This document shows, one piece after another, positions 39,529-48,535 of a DNA stretch of 64,000 bases. Position 1 is the stretch's first letter, and each line of letters begins with the position of its first letter. Under the pieces are notes generated by a model. It did not search any database, was not told the DNA's origin, and was given only the letters and a program-made list of their open reading frames with translations. The translations under genes and the position numbers were made by a program. The stretch covers positions 1 to 64,000 of the IMG/VR virus record IMGVR_UViG_3300042934_000547; one strand, given 5' to 3'.

Positions 39529-40905
39529 ATGAAACATTTAGTTATATTGGATTCTAGTTTTGGTATGAATACGGTTGGTCATCAAAGTCCAGAACTAGAA
39601 GATGGTAGACGCATTAAAGAAAATACATTTAATAGAAGTGTAGTAAGAAAAATTGATGCCATATTAGAGCATTATCAGGATATAGACGTAGTGATATTAA
39701 ATGGCGAGAAAACAGAAATCACTAACGAAGAAAAACGGTCTAGAGCTAATCTGGTTATAAATTCATTTGAAAGAAATCATGGGTTTACTGGAAAACAGGT
39801 ACTAGTATCAGTAACTACTGGTATTACCAATTCATTATTATGGACAAATGAAGGTGGAACATTGATTAAATATTTTGGTAACCCAACTGGATTTCCAGAA
39901 TTGATGCATGACTCGTTACACCATTACACTCAATTGGAAGATAAAGGATTAATTACAATAACTAATTCACCGTTATTGCACCTTAAACCTTCCGGAGTAA
40001 TATGTCAATGTGCTTACATAGACAATAAAAAAGAATTGAATCTGATACTTAGTGACACCTTCAAAGCACAGTGTGCCGAAGGTATGGTAGATGCAATTTT
40101 GAAATACTTCGAGATTGAGAAGACTCATCCACTCACAATCGAAAGAGATCTATATAAGGCTCCGGTAGTTGAACCACCTAAAGTTGACACAAAGGTTAAC
40201 CTAGAAGTGACACCTACTAATACTTATATAATGAGTGGTGATCCACTATTATTATCTATGGAATTGATTAATTCTAAAATATCTAGATTAGAATACAAAA
40301 ATGCTGTTAACGGTGTTAGCGAACGAGTTGTTGCTAGTGAAAATAAGATTAACCAGATTTATCAAAACGATATACTTGTAATTGACGGAAAGGTTATAAA
40401 TAATCAAGCTGCAAATTTTAGCAAATTTGGTTCTCCACAAGGAGTATTTGTAATCTATAATTCAGGTCTTATCGAGTTGAAACGTTATAAACGTGCTGAA
40501 GAAATAGTAAACCTAGCTGATGTTAGATTAGCTGTTGGTGGTGTTAGTTTAGTGAATAGATTTGATAATAGATTCAAGTTTAATCCAAGTTTAGAGGGAT
40601 ATAAGATCGGAATTGCTAGAGATACCGGAGAAGAAGTTGATACTACTGGTATATTAAAATCTGGTAAGAAAACTATTCTTGGATACAATAAAAAGAAAAA
40701 TCTTATTTATCTAATTTGTAAAGCTGACATAGCCATCACAAGTGAAAATAAAGACGACGTTACTTTATCAAAACTGGCTTTAGATTACGGTTGTGATATA
40801 GCTATAGCTGTAGGTAATGCTGGATTTATGATAAATAACGGTAATTTTGTTTTTAAATCTGATGACCAAGATATAGAAACAGGTAATGTATTAGTATTTA
40901 AATAA
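39529..40905 (+). CDS. Degenerate N-acetylmuramoyl-L-alanine amidase (Amidase_3 fold) fused to a degenerate phosphodiester-glycosidase-like domain
   Basis: VILDSSFG...IKENTFN...RANL...AEGMVDAILKYF follows the Amidase_3 layout but lacks the catalytic His/His/Glu. The C-half aligns by eye with 61742-62695. Late motif at 39489-39500. Confidence 0.65.
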   Translation: MKHLVILDSSFGMNTVGHQSPELEDGRRIKENTFNRSVVRKIDAILEHYQDIDVVILNGEKTEITNEEKRSRANLVINSFERNHGFTGKQVLVSVTTGITNSLLWTNEGGTLIKYFGNPTGFPELMHDSLHHYTQLEDKGLITITNSPLLHLKPSGVICQCAYIDNKKELNLILSDTFKAQCAEGMVDAILKYFEIEKTHPLTIERDLYKAPVVEPPKVDTKVNLEVTPTNTYIMSGDPLLLSMELINSKISRLEYKNAVNGVSERVVASENKINQIYQNDILVIDGKVINNQAANFSKFGSPQGVFVIYNSGLIELKRYKRAEEIVNLADVRLAVGGVSLVNRFDNRFKFNPSLEGYKIGIARDTGEEVDTTGILKSGKKTILGYNKKKNLIYLICKADIAITSENKDDVTLSKLALDYGCDIAIAVGNAGFMINNGNFVFKSDDQDIETGNVLVFK

Positions 40906-40911
40906 AAAAGA

Positions 40912-40935
40912 AGAGTAGGAATTAATTCCTACTCT
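40912..40935. terminator. Bidirectional palindromic terminator
   Basis: Perfect palindrome AGAGTAGGAATT/AATTCCTACTCT. Confidence 0.8.
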
Positions 40936-41599
40936 GTATTTTATTTCTTGTCAAAAATTCAAGTAACAGTTTATTTAACTCAAAGTTTACTGCTGAAAGG
41001 GTATCTTTTATTAGAACTGATTTTTGCGGTACACCATTTAACATGATTTCATTATTATATCTATCCACTCGTTTTATTGCAATGGAATTACCATTAAAGT
41101 GTATCACCTCGGCGGTACGGCTATCAAGCATTGCAAACTGATGTAATATATCTTTCGATATCCTTATCAATAAGCCAAATTTATCTGCTTTATCGTCATC
41201 CTCATCAGTTAATTCATCTGCATTCTCTAATAATACGACTTTATCTTCTGTCTTTGATGTCACGGGTTGAATATCATTTCCTGAACCTATCAACCATTCA
41301 TTGATAACTACAGGATCATTCTTATAATTTCCGCTCACATTCATAAATTGTATCAAACAATTATCAGTAATATTTGACAATATAAACATAGCTATTCTGC
41401 CCATAACAATATCGAGTGTACATTTTTCACCATCGGTTTTCAAATCACCCACAATAAATTGTGGTTCCAGTGTTCTTTTAACCCCCAGTGTTTCTATTTT
41501 TGACTCACTTGCAATACCAATTGCTGTCTGTTTATCTAATCCAATAATACTGTATATTTCTTTCAAATAATTTAGTATCTCTTGTAATTGTTTTATCAT
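40922..41599 (-). CDS. Hypothetical early protein (tandem paralog family)
   Basis: 225 aa; shares a GRIAMFILSNI-type motif with its neighbours. Confidence 0.6.
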   Translation of the reverse strand: MIKQLQEILNYLKEIYSIIGLDKQTAIGIASESKIETLGVKRTLEPQFIVGDLKTDGEKCTLDIVMGRIAMFILSNITDNCLIQFMNVSGNYKNDPVVINEWLIGSGNDIQPVTSKTEDKVVLLENADELTDEDDDKADKFGLLIRISKDILHQFAMLDSRTAEVIHFNGNSIAIKRVDRYNNEIMLNGVPQKSVLIKDTLSAVNFELNKLLLEFLTRNKIQSRN

Positions 41600-41982
41600 T
41601 TATCGATTTCTCCTCTATTTATTTCTATAACTGTGCTCTTTCTTCCATCAGCTACTATTATATATGGGTCTTCTGGATATTCATATATCACCGTATCCTC
41701 ATTTTTCATCACAATACGAACCGCATGAATGTTATTCATTACGTTTGAAATTAAGAATAGAGAAACTCTACTATATATATTATCATGTATAGAGCTTGAA
41801 TCATTAATATCATCATCAATGAAAAAGTATCCATCTACATGTTTTGTTATTTTCATTTCTTTAGTGATGAAATTGGATTTATTATCGTACATTACCTGTA
41901 CAAAAATAGATTTATTAGGTTCTATATCATCCATAGTAGAACTTAATTTTGATATAATATCATATGTTTTAATTGTTATCAT
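41596..41982 (-). CDS. Hypothetical early protein (tandem paralog family)
   Basis: 128 aa, SRVSLFLISNV; GGAGG RBS. Confidence 0.6.
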   Translation of the reverse strand: MITIKTYDIISKLSSTMDDIEPNKSIFVQVMYDNKSNFITKEMKITKHVDGYFFIDDDINDSSSIHDNIYSRVSLFLISNVMNNIHAVRIVMKNEDTVIYEYPEDPYIIVADGRKSTVIEINRGEIDK

Positions 41983-42002
41983 AAATGCCTCCTAAAGTTA
42001 AT

Positions 42003-42419
42003 TTAAATCCATGAAGTAAGCCCAATATTCTGCTCAGGTTCTTTCGATCTATACTTTCTAAGCAAGAATAATTGACGTGGAACATTGTTTGGATTACTAT
42101 GTGGTTCAATAAACCAATACGATAAATCCATCTTTGAATCGCTAACTTCTCGTTGTGTACTAAGAACTACAGAATAGCTGCGTAATTCAAAAATGTTTCT
42201 AATCATAAATAATGACGCTTGTGCAATTACCCCAGATTTAGTATATTCTATATTATTGATTTTATATAAATCGTCAGTTTCTTTGAATACTGAAAACCCA
42301 ATAATTTCTTCTGGTGTCATCGATTTAATTGTAATATCCATAGTAGCACCATTCATAATTGTTTCTATGTTATCCCCTACTGCTACTACTATTTTTTGTA
42401 TTTGATCTAGATGTGCCAT
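42003..42419 (-). CDS. Hypothetical early protein (tandem paralog family)
   Basis: 138 aa, AQASLFMIRNI; AAGGAG RBS. Confidence 0.6.
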   Translation of the reverse strand: MAHLDQIQKIVVAVGDNIETIMNGATMDITIKSMTPEEIIGFSVFKETDDLYKINNIEYTKSGVIAQASLFMIRNIFELRSYSVVLSTQREVSDSKMDLSYWFIEPHSNPNNVPRQLFLLRKYRSKEPEQNIGLTSWI

Positions 42420-42439
42420 TTAATTTCTCCTTATGAAAA

Positions 42440-43081
42440 TTAGATACTCATATTAAATTCATCGGATTCATCAAATACAAATGTCTCCATTATTGTATTT
42501 AGAATTCGTTTCTTAATATCCCAATCATCGAGAACTTCTTCCCAATCATCGACAGTAAATCCATCCGGACATGTTTTTTGGATGTATAATATAGTTTCAC
42601 CGACACTACTCTTTACTGTAAATTTGACAGTTTCGTTGATATTCATATCAGCAAGTGTTTGGTGTAATTCATACATACCTTCCACTAATGCCTTCCCTCG
42701 ATTGATAATTAGTGATTGAGTTATATCTGATACTGGAACATCTTCATTTCCATCTTGCGGTGAACATATAAATTTCCATTCAGATATACTATCAATTGGG
42801 CGTCGTGTTAATAATCGTATGAATATTTCACACTCAGTTTTTTGGATTTTAATATAGGAATGTATAAATTCATTTATTTTATCCTGCAATTCAACACTGA
42901 ATACTCCATGATCTAAATCACCAAAATTTATTGTAAATGTATCGGTATTCAATTTACAAATATCCATATAACCCTTAACCATATTTGGATTACCTATAGT
43001 TAATGTCACTTCTTTACGATTTGCCATATTTTTTAAATATTCATTAACTTGTTCTATAATTTCTTTAATTTTTTCTTCCAT
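42440..43081 (-). CDS. Hypothetical early protein with two internal repeats
   Basis: 213 aa; two helix-strands-helix units; GGAGG RBS. Confidence 0.6.
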   Translation of the reverse strand: MEEKIKEIIEQVNEYLKNMANRKEVTLTIGNPNMVKGYMDICKLNTDTFTINFGDLDHGVFSVELQDKINEFIHSYIKIQKTECEIFIRLLTRRPIDSISEWKFICSPQDGNEDVPVSDITQSLIINRGKALVEGMYELHQTLADMNINETVKFTVKSSVGETILYIQKTCPDGFTVDDWEEVLDDWDIKKRILNTIMETFVFDESDEFNMSI

Positions 43082-43092
43082 TTTATTTCCTC

Positions 43093-43515
43093 CTATTGAT
43101 AGATGTCAAATCTCATCCAATTATTGTATTTGTAACCAAAATTACATCTCAATTTTTTACCCTTAAATAAATAAGAGTTATTAAAGTATTCTCTAATAGC
43201 GTCGACTAATTTAAAGAAGTCAATTTCATCCTTATCCTTTATCTTAAAGGATATTGTTAATAATTTAGGATTACTAGTTAGTTTATAAAACTTAATTCTA
43301 GCATTTAAAATATTAGAATCGAATTCCTGTATTTTAGACTGTTCAATATCTAATAATACATAAGTTGGATTATCAATAACATCTGATTTACCCATATGAC
43401 CGTTCATATATTTCCAAAATCCGGCTTTAATATTATAGACATCTTGTTTGGATATCTTCATCTGTTGGTCCATTATTTCCTCCTTACTTCTCACAGCATC
43501 ATAGCTAATAGACAT
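43093..43515 (-). CDS. Hypothetical early protein
   Basis: 140 aa, first gene after the early promoter at 43577. Confidence 0.6.
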   Translation of the reverse strand: MSISYDAVRSKEEIMDQQMKISKQDVYNIKAGFWKYMNGHMGKSDVIDNPTYVLLDIEQSKIQEFDSNILNARIKFYKLTSNPKLLTISFKIKDKDEIDFFKLVDAIREYFNNSYLFKGKKLRCNFGYKYNNWMRFDIYQ

Positions 43516-43576
43516 TAGTGAGTTATTATTCTATCTGAAGAATAATATCAAATACAATTATTTTATCTATCATAGT

Positions 43577-43610
43577 TATAATATATACTTAAAATTTTCT
43601 AGTTTTACAA
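43577..43610 (-). promoter_or_regulatory. Early-type promoter TTGTAA-N17-TATATATTATA
   Basis: Bipartite motif immediately downstream of the stem-loop at 43615. Confidence 0.65.
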
Positions 43611-43614
43611 AGAA

Positions 43615-43638
43615 AAGAGTAGAAATTAATCTACTCTT
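43615..43638 (-). terminator. Terminator
   Basis: AAGAGTAGA-aattaa-TCTACTCTT followed by TTTC on the minus strand. Confidence 0.75.
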
Positions 43639-44752
43639 ATTTATGATCAAATATAATAGTAACTGTATTGTCTGGATGAATTTTAATCGTGATAAATAAT
43701 CTTGTTTGTTCATTAATGATCATACCTGTACCATCATCAAGTGTTTTCATTATGCATTGTGAGAATTTTATTTCATTATGCTCAGTTATTTTTGCCATTA
43801 AATCATCTCTCTGCATTATATCCCTAATCTCAACATCCGAACACCCTAAAGCATATAACCAGTCAGGTTCTACCTGAATAATTTGTGTCCATGCTGTGAT
43901 ATTCGGTAAAAGTTCAGCTCTAAGGATTCCCCCAGAATTTTTATAGGTCACTGAATGAACCCTGTGTGAGAAATTCATTTCCTTTGCAACCTCAACTGGT
44001 ACCTTTATAGTATCTGGTAACATTAAGAATTTATTAACGTTATCAAAATACTTTGATAACATAATTCCTATTAATGGTATAGGAATATATTCTTGAATAC
44101 GATAGAATGCAAATAGATTTTTAATAACAAAATCTCTATTAATTTCGTGCCCGTCAATAATCATCATAACTTCTTCATTATCTAATATAGCTATTGTATT
44201 TATTTTGTCATTATCAAAATATGTCACATGAAGTCTTAATTTATGATCGTAACCAATACGTATATCATAATTATCCACAATATGATTATCTCTTGTATTT
44301 ATTATAAATTGCACTGGTGATGACATAAGTGCTCTTTTCTTTATATCATACCATTTTTTCTTCTCATAAACCGCATAAACAACATGCATTGTGCTCAATA
44401 ATGAACTACCGAATATTTGTTTATACATCTCAGATAGAACTGATTCAACAAATCTGTATGCATTAATTTCCATTAGATTCATTTCATCGCCAATATTCAT
44501 TAACAAAGCTTGTTTATGATGCGAATCTTTTAACGTTTTAGTTATAAGAATCATTTTAAGACGCATTGATGGTGATTTTATGTAATACATATTAGTGAAT
44601 TCGTGAAAATCCACGTAACTAAACTTTTCACAACGGTGCTGTCTCAATAAATTATTTGCGAATTCTGGATCGATTTCTGTATAACTTAAATCAAATCCTA
44701 TGTTTTTAATTTTACACTCCTCATATCTCGGTGTTATGTATATTGCAGCCAT
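43637..44752 (-). CDS. Hypothetical protein
   Basis: About 371 aa from ATG 44752 (GGGAG RBS). Confidence 0.65.
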   Translation of the reverse strand: MAAIYITPRYEECKIKNIGFDLSYTEIDPEFANNLLRQHRCEKFSYVDFHEFTNMYYIKSPSMRLKMILITKTLKDSHHKQALLMNIGDEMNLMEINAYRFVESVLSEMYKQIFGSSLLSTMHVVYAVYEKKKWYDIKKRALMSSPVQFIINTRDNHIVDNYDIRIGYDHKLRLHVTYFDNDKINTIAILDNEEVMMIIDGHEINRDFVIKNLFAFYRIQEYIPIPLIGIMLSKYFDNVNKFLMLPDTIKVPVEVAKEMNFSHRVHSVTYKNSGGILRAELLPNITAWTQIIQVEPDWLYALGCSDVEIRDIMQRDDLMAKITEHNEIKFSQCIMKTLDDGTGMIINEQTRLFITIKIHPDNTVTIIFDHK

Positions 44753-44765
44753 AGTTATTCTCCCT

Positions 44766-45002
44766 TTATCTATTTTTTGTTTGTGTAACCTCAATCTTGA
44801 TATTTTTTATAATCACATAAGTTATTACTGCGAGTATAACTGCGATAATTACTGAAGGTAGTAGAGCGTGTAATCTACCTAATTTCATAATCAAAAACTC
44901 AACACTAAATGATAATATCACATTTGCGAATATTAACGTTGTAATGAATACCAATAACCTGTTTCTTTCTTTATTCATTTTCTTTTTTCTATTATTTCCC
45001 AT
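44766..45002 (-). CDS. Small two-TM membrane protein
   Basis: Basic N-terminus then two hydrophobic helices; start at ATG 45002 (GGAG RBS). Confidence 0.6.
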   Translation of the reverse strand: MGNNRKKKMNKERNRLLVFITTLIFANVILSFSVEFLIMKLGRLHALLPSVIIAVILAVITYVIIKNIKIEVTQTKNR

Positions 45003-45015
45003 AGTTTTAATCTCC

Positions 45016-45399
45016 TCAATTACACTCGTATTTGATATTTTTATTTGTACCATAAACATGTAAATATTTTACCATAGTTTTAACAAATAATTGAAAATCT
45101 TCTTTAGTATATACAATAAATAATTGGTCTTCATCATATAAACCGTCTCGTGATGTATTCATATCAATTACTGGTATATTAATAGATGAGTCTTTTGTCA
45201 TCCCGTTTAATATATCATATCGTTCGCCAGAATCATCAAAATTTGGCTCAAATGTACAACTATTTACTACCCAATCAATACCATTTATATTTTCACAATT
45301 AATGGATAATTCTCCTTCAGTATTACCAAATTTGTCACATTTGATATACATAAATGGAGTTGGTAATTTTAAAAATTCGTTTCGCTTAACTATTTTCAT
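45016..45399 (-). CDS. Conserved phage hypothetical protein
   Basis: 127 aa, GGGAGG RBS; early-like core TATATATCATA at 45430-45440. Confidence 0.65.
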   Translation of the reverse strand: MKIVKRNEFLKLPTPFMYIKCDKFGNTEGELSINCENINGIDWVVNSCTFEPNFDDSGERYDILNGMTKDSSINIPVIDMNTSRDGLYDEDQLFIVYTKEDFQLFVKTMVKYLHVYGTNKNIKYECN

Positions 45400-45454
45400 T
45401 TATTTCCCTCCCTATATTATTCTCATATTTATGATATATACTTATAACGGATTT

Positions 45455-45730
45455 TTAAGGATGACAAATATTATTTTTGACTTTTTTCTTTTTTGGCTGC
45501 ATTTTCTTTCGTATCCACGAATTTTCATATAGTCTTTCGATAGTATAAACAATTTCTGTATTAACCTGTTTTGGAGACATTGGCATAACTACATAAAAAT
45601 CATCACCGAGAAGAAACCTAGTTAATTCATTGAGTGCTACTTGGGCATCCATAGGTGGACTACATATACCATAATCAAAATCTTGATTTTCTGTAAGAGA
45701 CAAAATTCTTTCAGCCGTTTCATCTTTCAT
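45455..45730 (-). CDS. Conserved phage hypothetical protein
   Basis: 91 aa, GAGG RBS. Confidence 0.6.
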   Translation of the reverse strand: MKDETAERILSLTENQDFDYGICSPPMDAQVALNELTRFLLGDDFYVVMPMSPKQVNTEIVYTIERLYENSWIRKKMQPKKKKVKNNICHP

Positions 45731-45747
45731 TTTTAATTCCTCACTTT

Positions 45748-46173
45748 TTATATATAATAAACTTTAATATTCATATTTGTATCACTAAATACCTTATGAA
45801 TAAGTTTTCTAACTCTATTCCAATTTAATTTATCTAATCTACAACCAATCTTTGGCATAGCGATATCGGTAATACCAAAATGGTTACAGAGTATTTTCAT
45901 TTTATATAAAGATTCTTCTAAAGTTTTGTAGGTAGGTTTATGAAAATATTTGTCTTTAGTGACCAGATTTATTATCCTTCCAACTATAAGGCAGTTTGGG
46001 AAAACACCGTATTGAGACTGATATCTAGATAACAATATCTCTTTTATATGAAATTTATTCTCTATATCAAGTGCTATGCCTGCACCAAGTTTATAATCAG
46101 ATGATATACAATGGGCTATAAAGTAACTATCAAGGCAAGTAAATAAATCTTTATTAATCTCCTCATATATCAT
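45748..46173 (-). CDS. Macrodomain ADP-ribose hydrolase (TARG1/OARD1/Poa1-like)
   Basis: IAHCISSDYKLGAGIA, NLVTKDKYFHKPTY, IAMPKIGCRLDKLNW; start at ATG 46173 (GGAGGTG RBS). Confidence 0.85.
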   Translation of the reverse strand: MIYEEINKDLFTCLDSYFIAHCISSDYKLGAGIALDIENKFHIKEILLSRYQSQYGVFPNCLIVGRIINLVTKDKYFHKPTYKTLEESLYKMKILCNHFGITDIAMPKIGCRLDKLNWNRVRKLIHKVFSDTNMNIKVYYI

Positions 46174-46228
46174 ATAACCGCACCTCCTATTCAATAGAGT
46201 GTTTTCGAAAAATTAGAAAATAAAAATA

Positions 46229-46250
46229 AGAGAGCTAATTAAAGCTCTCT
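46229..46250 (-). terminator. Hairpin overlapping a stop codon
   Basis: AGAGAGCT-aattaa-AGCTCTCT; the TAA of 46239-46637 lies in the loop; T-rich tail on the minus strand. Confidence 0.6.
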
Positions 46251-46637
46251 CGAATTTAACCACGTTGCAATACTATGTAGTGATTTAAATGTCTTTCCAC
46301 CATTCTTCTTGACCATTTCCCCAACTTTTTTAAGTGATTTTAATTGACCTTCATCAAAGGTCTTATCACCATCACTCTCAAGCACGCAGAATAAAGCCTT
46401 TTCTGGACGTTTATTACTATCATCAACTATTTCGGCAATAGAATAAACCCCAGTCATTTTAGGTGTAATTACGTATAATACATAATCACATACTTCTCTT
46501 TGATGAAGTTCTTCTTTATAAGCTTTATCATCCCAATTTTCTACAACTGGATTGAAATAATTAATCTTTAATAGTGGTATTAATTCATCTCTCCAAGTGG
46601 ACTCATTACATGTTCCACCCAAAAACACTTTACTCAT
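46239..46637 (-). CDS. Nucleoside 2-deoxyribosyltransferase-like protein
   Basis: KVFLGGTCNESTWRD, YFNPVVENW, CDYVLYVITPKMTGVYSIAE. Confidence 0.8.
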   Translation of the reverse strand: MSKVFLGGTCNESTWRDELIPLLKINYFNPVVENWDDKAYKEELHQREVCDYVLYVITPKMTGVYSIAEIVDDSNKRPEKALFCVLESDGDKTFDEGQLKSLKKVGEMVKKNGGKTFKSLHSIATWLNSREL

Positions 46638-46960
46638 TTTGAGACCTCCTTATTCTTATTTTGAATATAGGTCTCGCCCTGAATTACATAACCTAATATT
46701 TCGTAGCGTTTCTTATGTTGACTCTCGATAAATTCTTGTGCCTTTTTAACTTTCTCAGCGGGGAATCTATCTTCATCATATATTATACCTTCTGGATCAT
46801 CTCTGCAATCCAATATTCCATCAAGTTTTTGATTTCCATCATCATCAATTTTAACTGCTAATGCCAATCCTAATGGATGTAAAAATGTTCTATTAAGTTC
46901 TACTAATAGACCCATCTCTCGGAATTCTTTAATGTCTATTTTCTTAGTTTCATTATCCAT
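46634..46960 (-). CDS. Conserved phage hypothetical protein
   Basis: 108 aa, GGAGG RBS. Confidence 0.6.
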   Translation of the reverse strand: MDNETKKIDIKEFREMGLLVELNRTFLHPLGLALAVKIDDDGNQKLDGILDCRDDPEGIIYDEDRFPAEKVKKAQEFIESQHKKRYEILGYVIQGETYIQNKNKEVSK

Positions 46961-46986
46961 TAATATTCCCTCCTATGGATATTATT

Positions 46987-47664
46987 TTATTTCCATAAAG
47001 GGTTATCCTGAATTCTCATTGCTATGATCATATTTCTAACCATATCTTTAGTCATATCGATAGTGCCATCAGTGTTTCCTTTGATTATCCCTCTATCAAC
47101 AGCTTTCTGTATTTCGTCCTGATAGAACTTATCAAATTCGTCAATTTTCTTATATCTTTTATTTTCCTGCTCAAGTGTTGCTACTTTTTCTGCAAGTTCC
47201 TTAACTTGTTTAAGTAATTCATCCATAATAACCTCCATGTTATATATTGTTCCGACTTTTAAAGATGCGATATCATGATACACTAGTGGATTTATCCATA
47301 CATTAGATGTATTTCTAATACCATAATGAAGATGAGAGCCAAAACTGTAACCAGTATTACCCATAATTCCTATAGGCTGTCCAACTTTAACAATAGTGCC
47401 AACCTTTACCAATCTTGATGATAGGTGGCAGAAATAATGCTTGTGTTTATCAGGGGATTCTATTGCAACATAATTACCCCATTGCCAAGTGATGTTACCT
47501 CTATCTGTAATCATTTGGCTGGAGACTACTTTACCAGATACTGGAGATAACACGGTTATATCTCCAACCCCTACAAAATCTACTCCATGATGATAACTAC
47601 TGTCACCATTTTCTAAAATACGTGGACCAAATTTACTAGTTATTTTAAATTTCTTAAATAACAT
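46987..47664 (-). CDS. M23 family peptidase (lysin) with C-terminal coiled coil and putative wall-binding motif
   Basis: HHGVDF (HxxxD), YFCHL, MGNTGYSFGSHLHY (HxH), INP. Confidence 0.88.
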   Translation of the reverse strand: MLFKKFKITSKFGPRILENGDSSYHHGVDFVGVGDITVLSPVSGKVVSSQMITDRGNITWQWGNYVAIESPDKHKHYFCHLSSRLVKVGTIVKVGQPIGIMGNTGYSFGSHLHYGIRNTSNVWINPLVYHDIASLKVGTIYNMEVIMDELLKQVKELAEKVATLEQENKRYKKIDEFDKFYQDEIQKAVDRGIIKGNTDGTIDMTKDMVRNMIIAMRIQDNPLWK

Positions 47665-47701
47665 TCCTGATACACCTCCTTAATTTATATTTATCAATAA
47701 A

Positions 47702-48535
47702 TTAATATTGATTTTCATATTGATGATATAATTCAGCCAACTTAATATCAACTTTTTGCCTTTCGGTCAATTTGTCGCTATTAAATCGTTCCTCAGATAT
47801 CAGTTGCCCATTTCCATCTTTGTTTTGAATAGTGAAATAAGCTTTAACATTAGTATTACACATATTCTCAACAATAATTTGGTGCTTATTAAAATAACCA
47901 GAAATAATATACTCTGTCATCAGATTTATATATTGGTCTCTTATAATATTATAATCAGCACTCACAAATCCAAATTCAATTCGTTTAAACCCCAGATTAA
48001 TTAGATTAGTTATACCTTCTTTTAAATATCCAATATTGAGTCTATTAATTGTAAAGTGGGCGATAGGATTACGCCCACTCTTAACGAAATTATTGATATT
48101 ATCAACAATATAATCATAAGACCCTTTCCCTGTTCTCATGATACGATTACTATTATGAGAAACTTTATTACCATCAATCGATATACATAGCAATATGTTA
48201 TACTTCTCAATGATGTCAATAACCCTATCTGAGTAAATAGTACCGTTAGTTGATGTGATGAATCTAAATTTATGATTTGGATAATTTGTCACAATATATT
48301 CACAAATATTTTCCAATCGATTTATAAACAGAAATGGCTCACCACCCAAAAATTCGACTGTAATTGTTCCAGCTGATGTCTTTTGCATACTGGTTTCAAA
48401 CGTCTGTATCATTTCTTCAAGTGTGATATCTAATAGATTATTCTCATCTTCTACGTTATTGTACACATAACAATATTTACATCGCATATTACACAACTTA
48501 GTTATATACAACGTTATATGACGAAGTTTATCCAT
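47702..48535 (-). CDS. Radical SAM protein without SPASM domain
   Basis: TKLCNMRCKYCY (CX3CX2C), FLGGEP, TSTNGT, ISIDG; no C-terminal Cys cluster. Confidence 0.85.
   Translation of the reverse strand: MDKLRHITLYITKLCNMRCKYCYVYNNVEDENNLLDITLEEMIQTFETSMQKTSAGTITVEFLGGEPFLFINRLENICEYIVTNYPNHKFRFITSTNGTIYSDRVIDIIEKYNILLCISIDGNKVSHNSNRIMRTGKGSYDYIVDNINNFVKSGRNPIAHFTINRLNIGYLKEGITNLINLGFKRIEFGFVSADYNIIRDQYINLMTEYIISGYFNKHQIIVENMCNTNVKAYFTIQNKDGNGQLISEERFNSDKLTERQKVDIKLAELYHQYENQY

Noticed and set aside
44766-45002. Holin for the M23 lysin
   Set aside because: Two TM helices fit, but the gene lies 2 kb downstream among early-type hypotheticals with no dual-start or other holin evidence.
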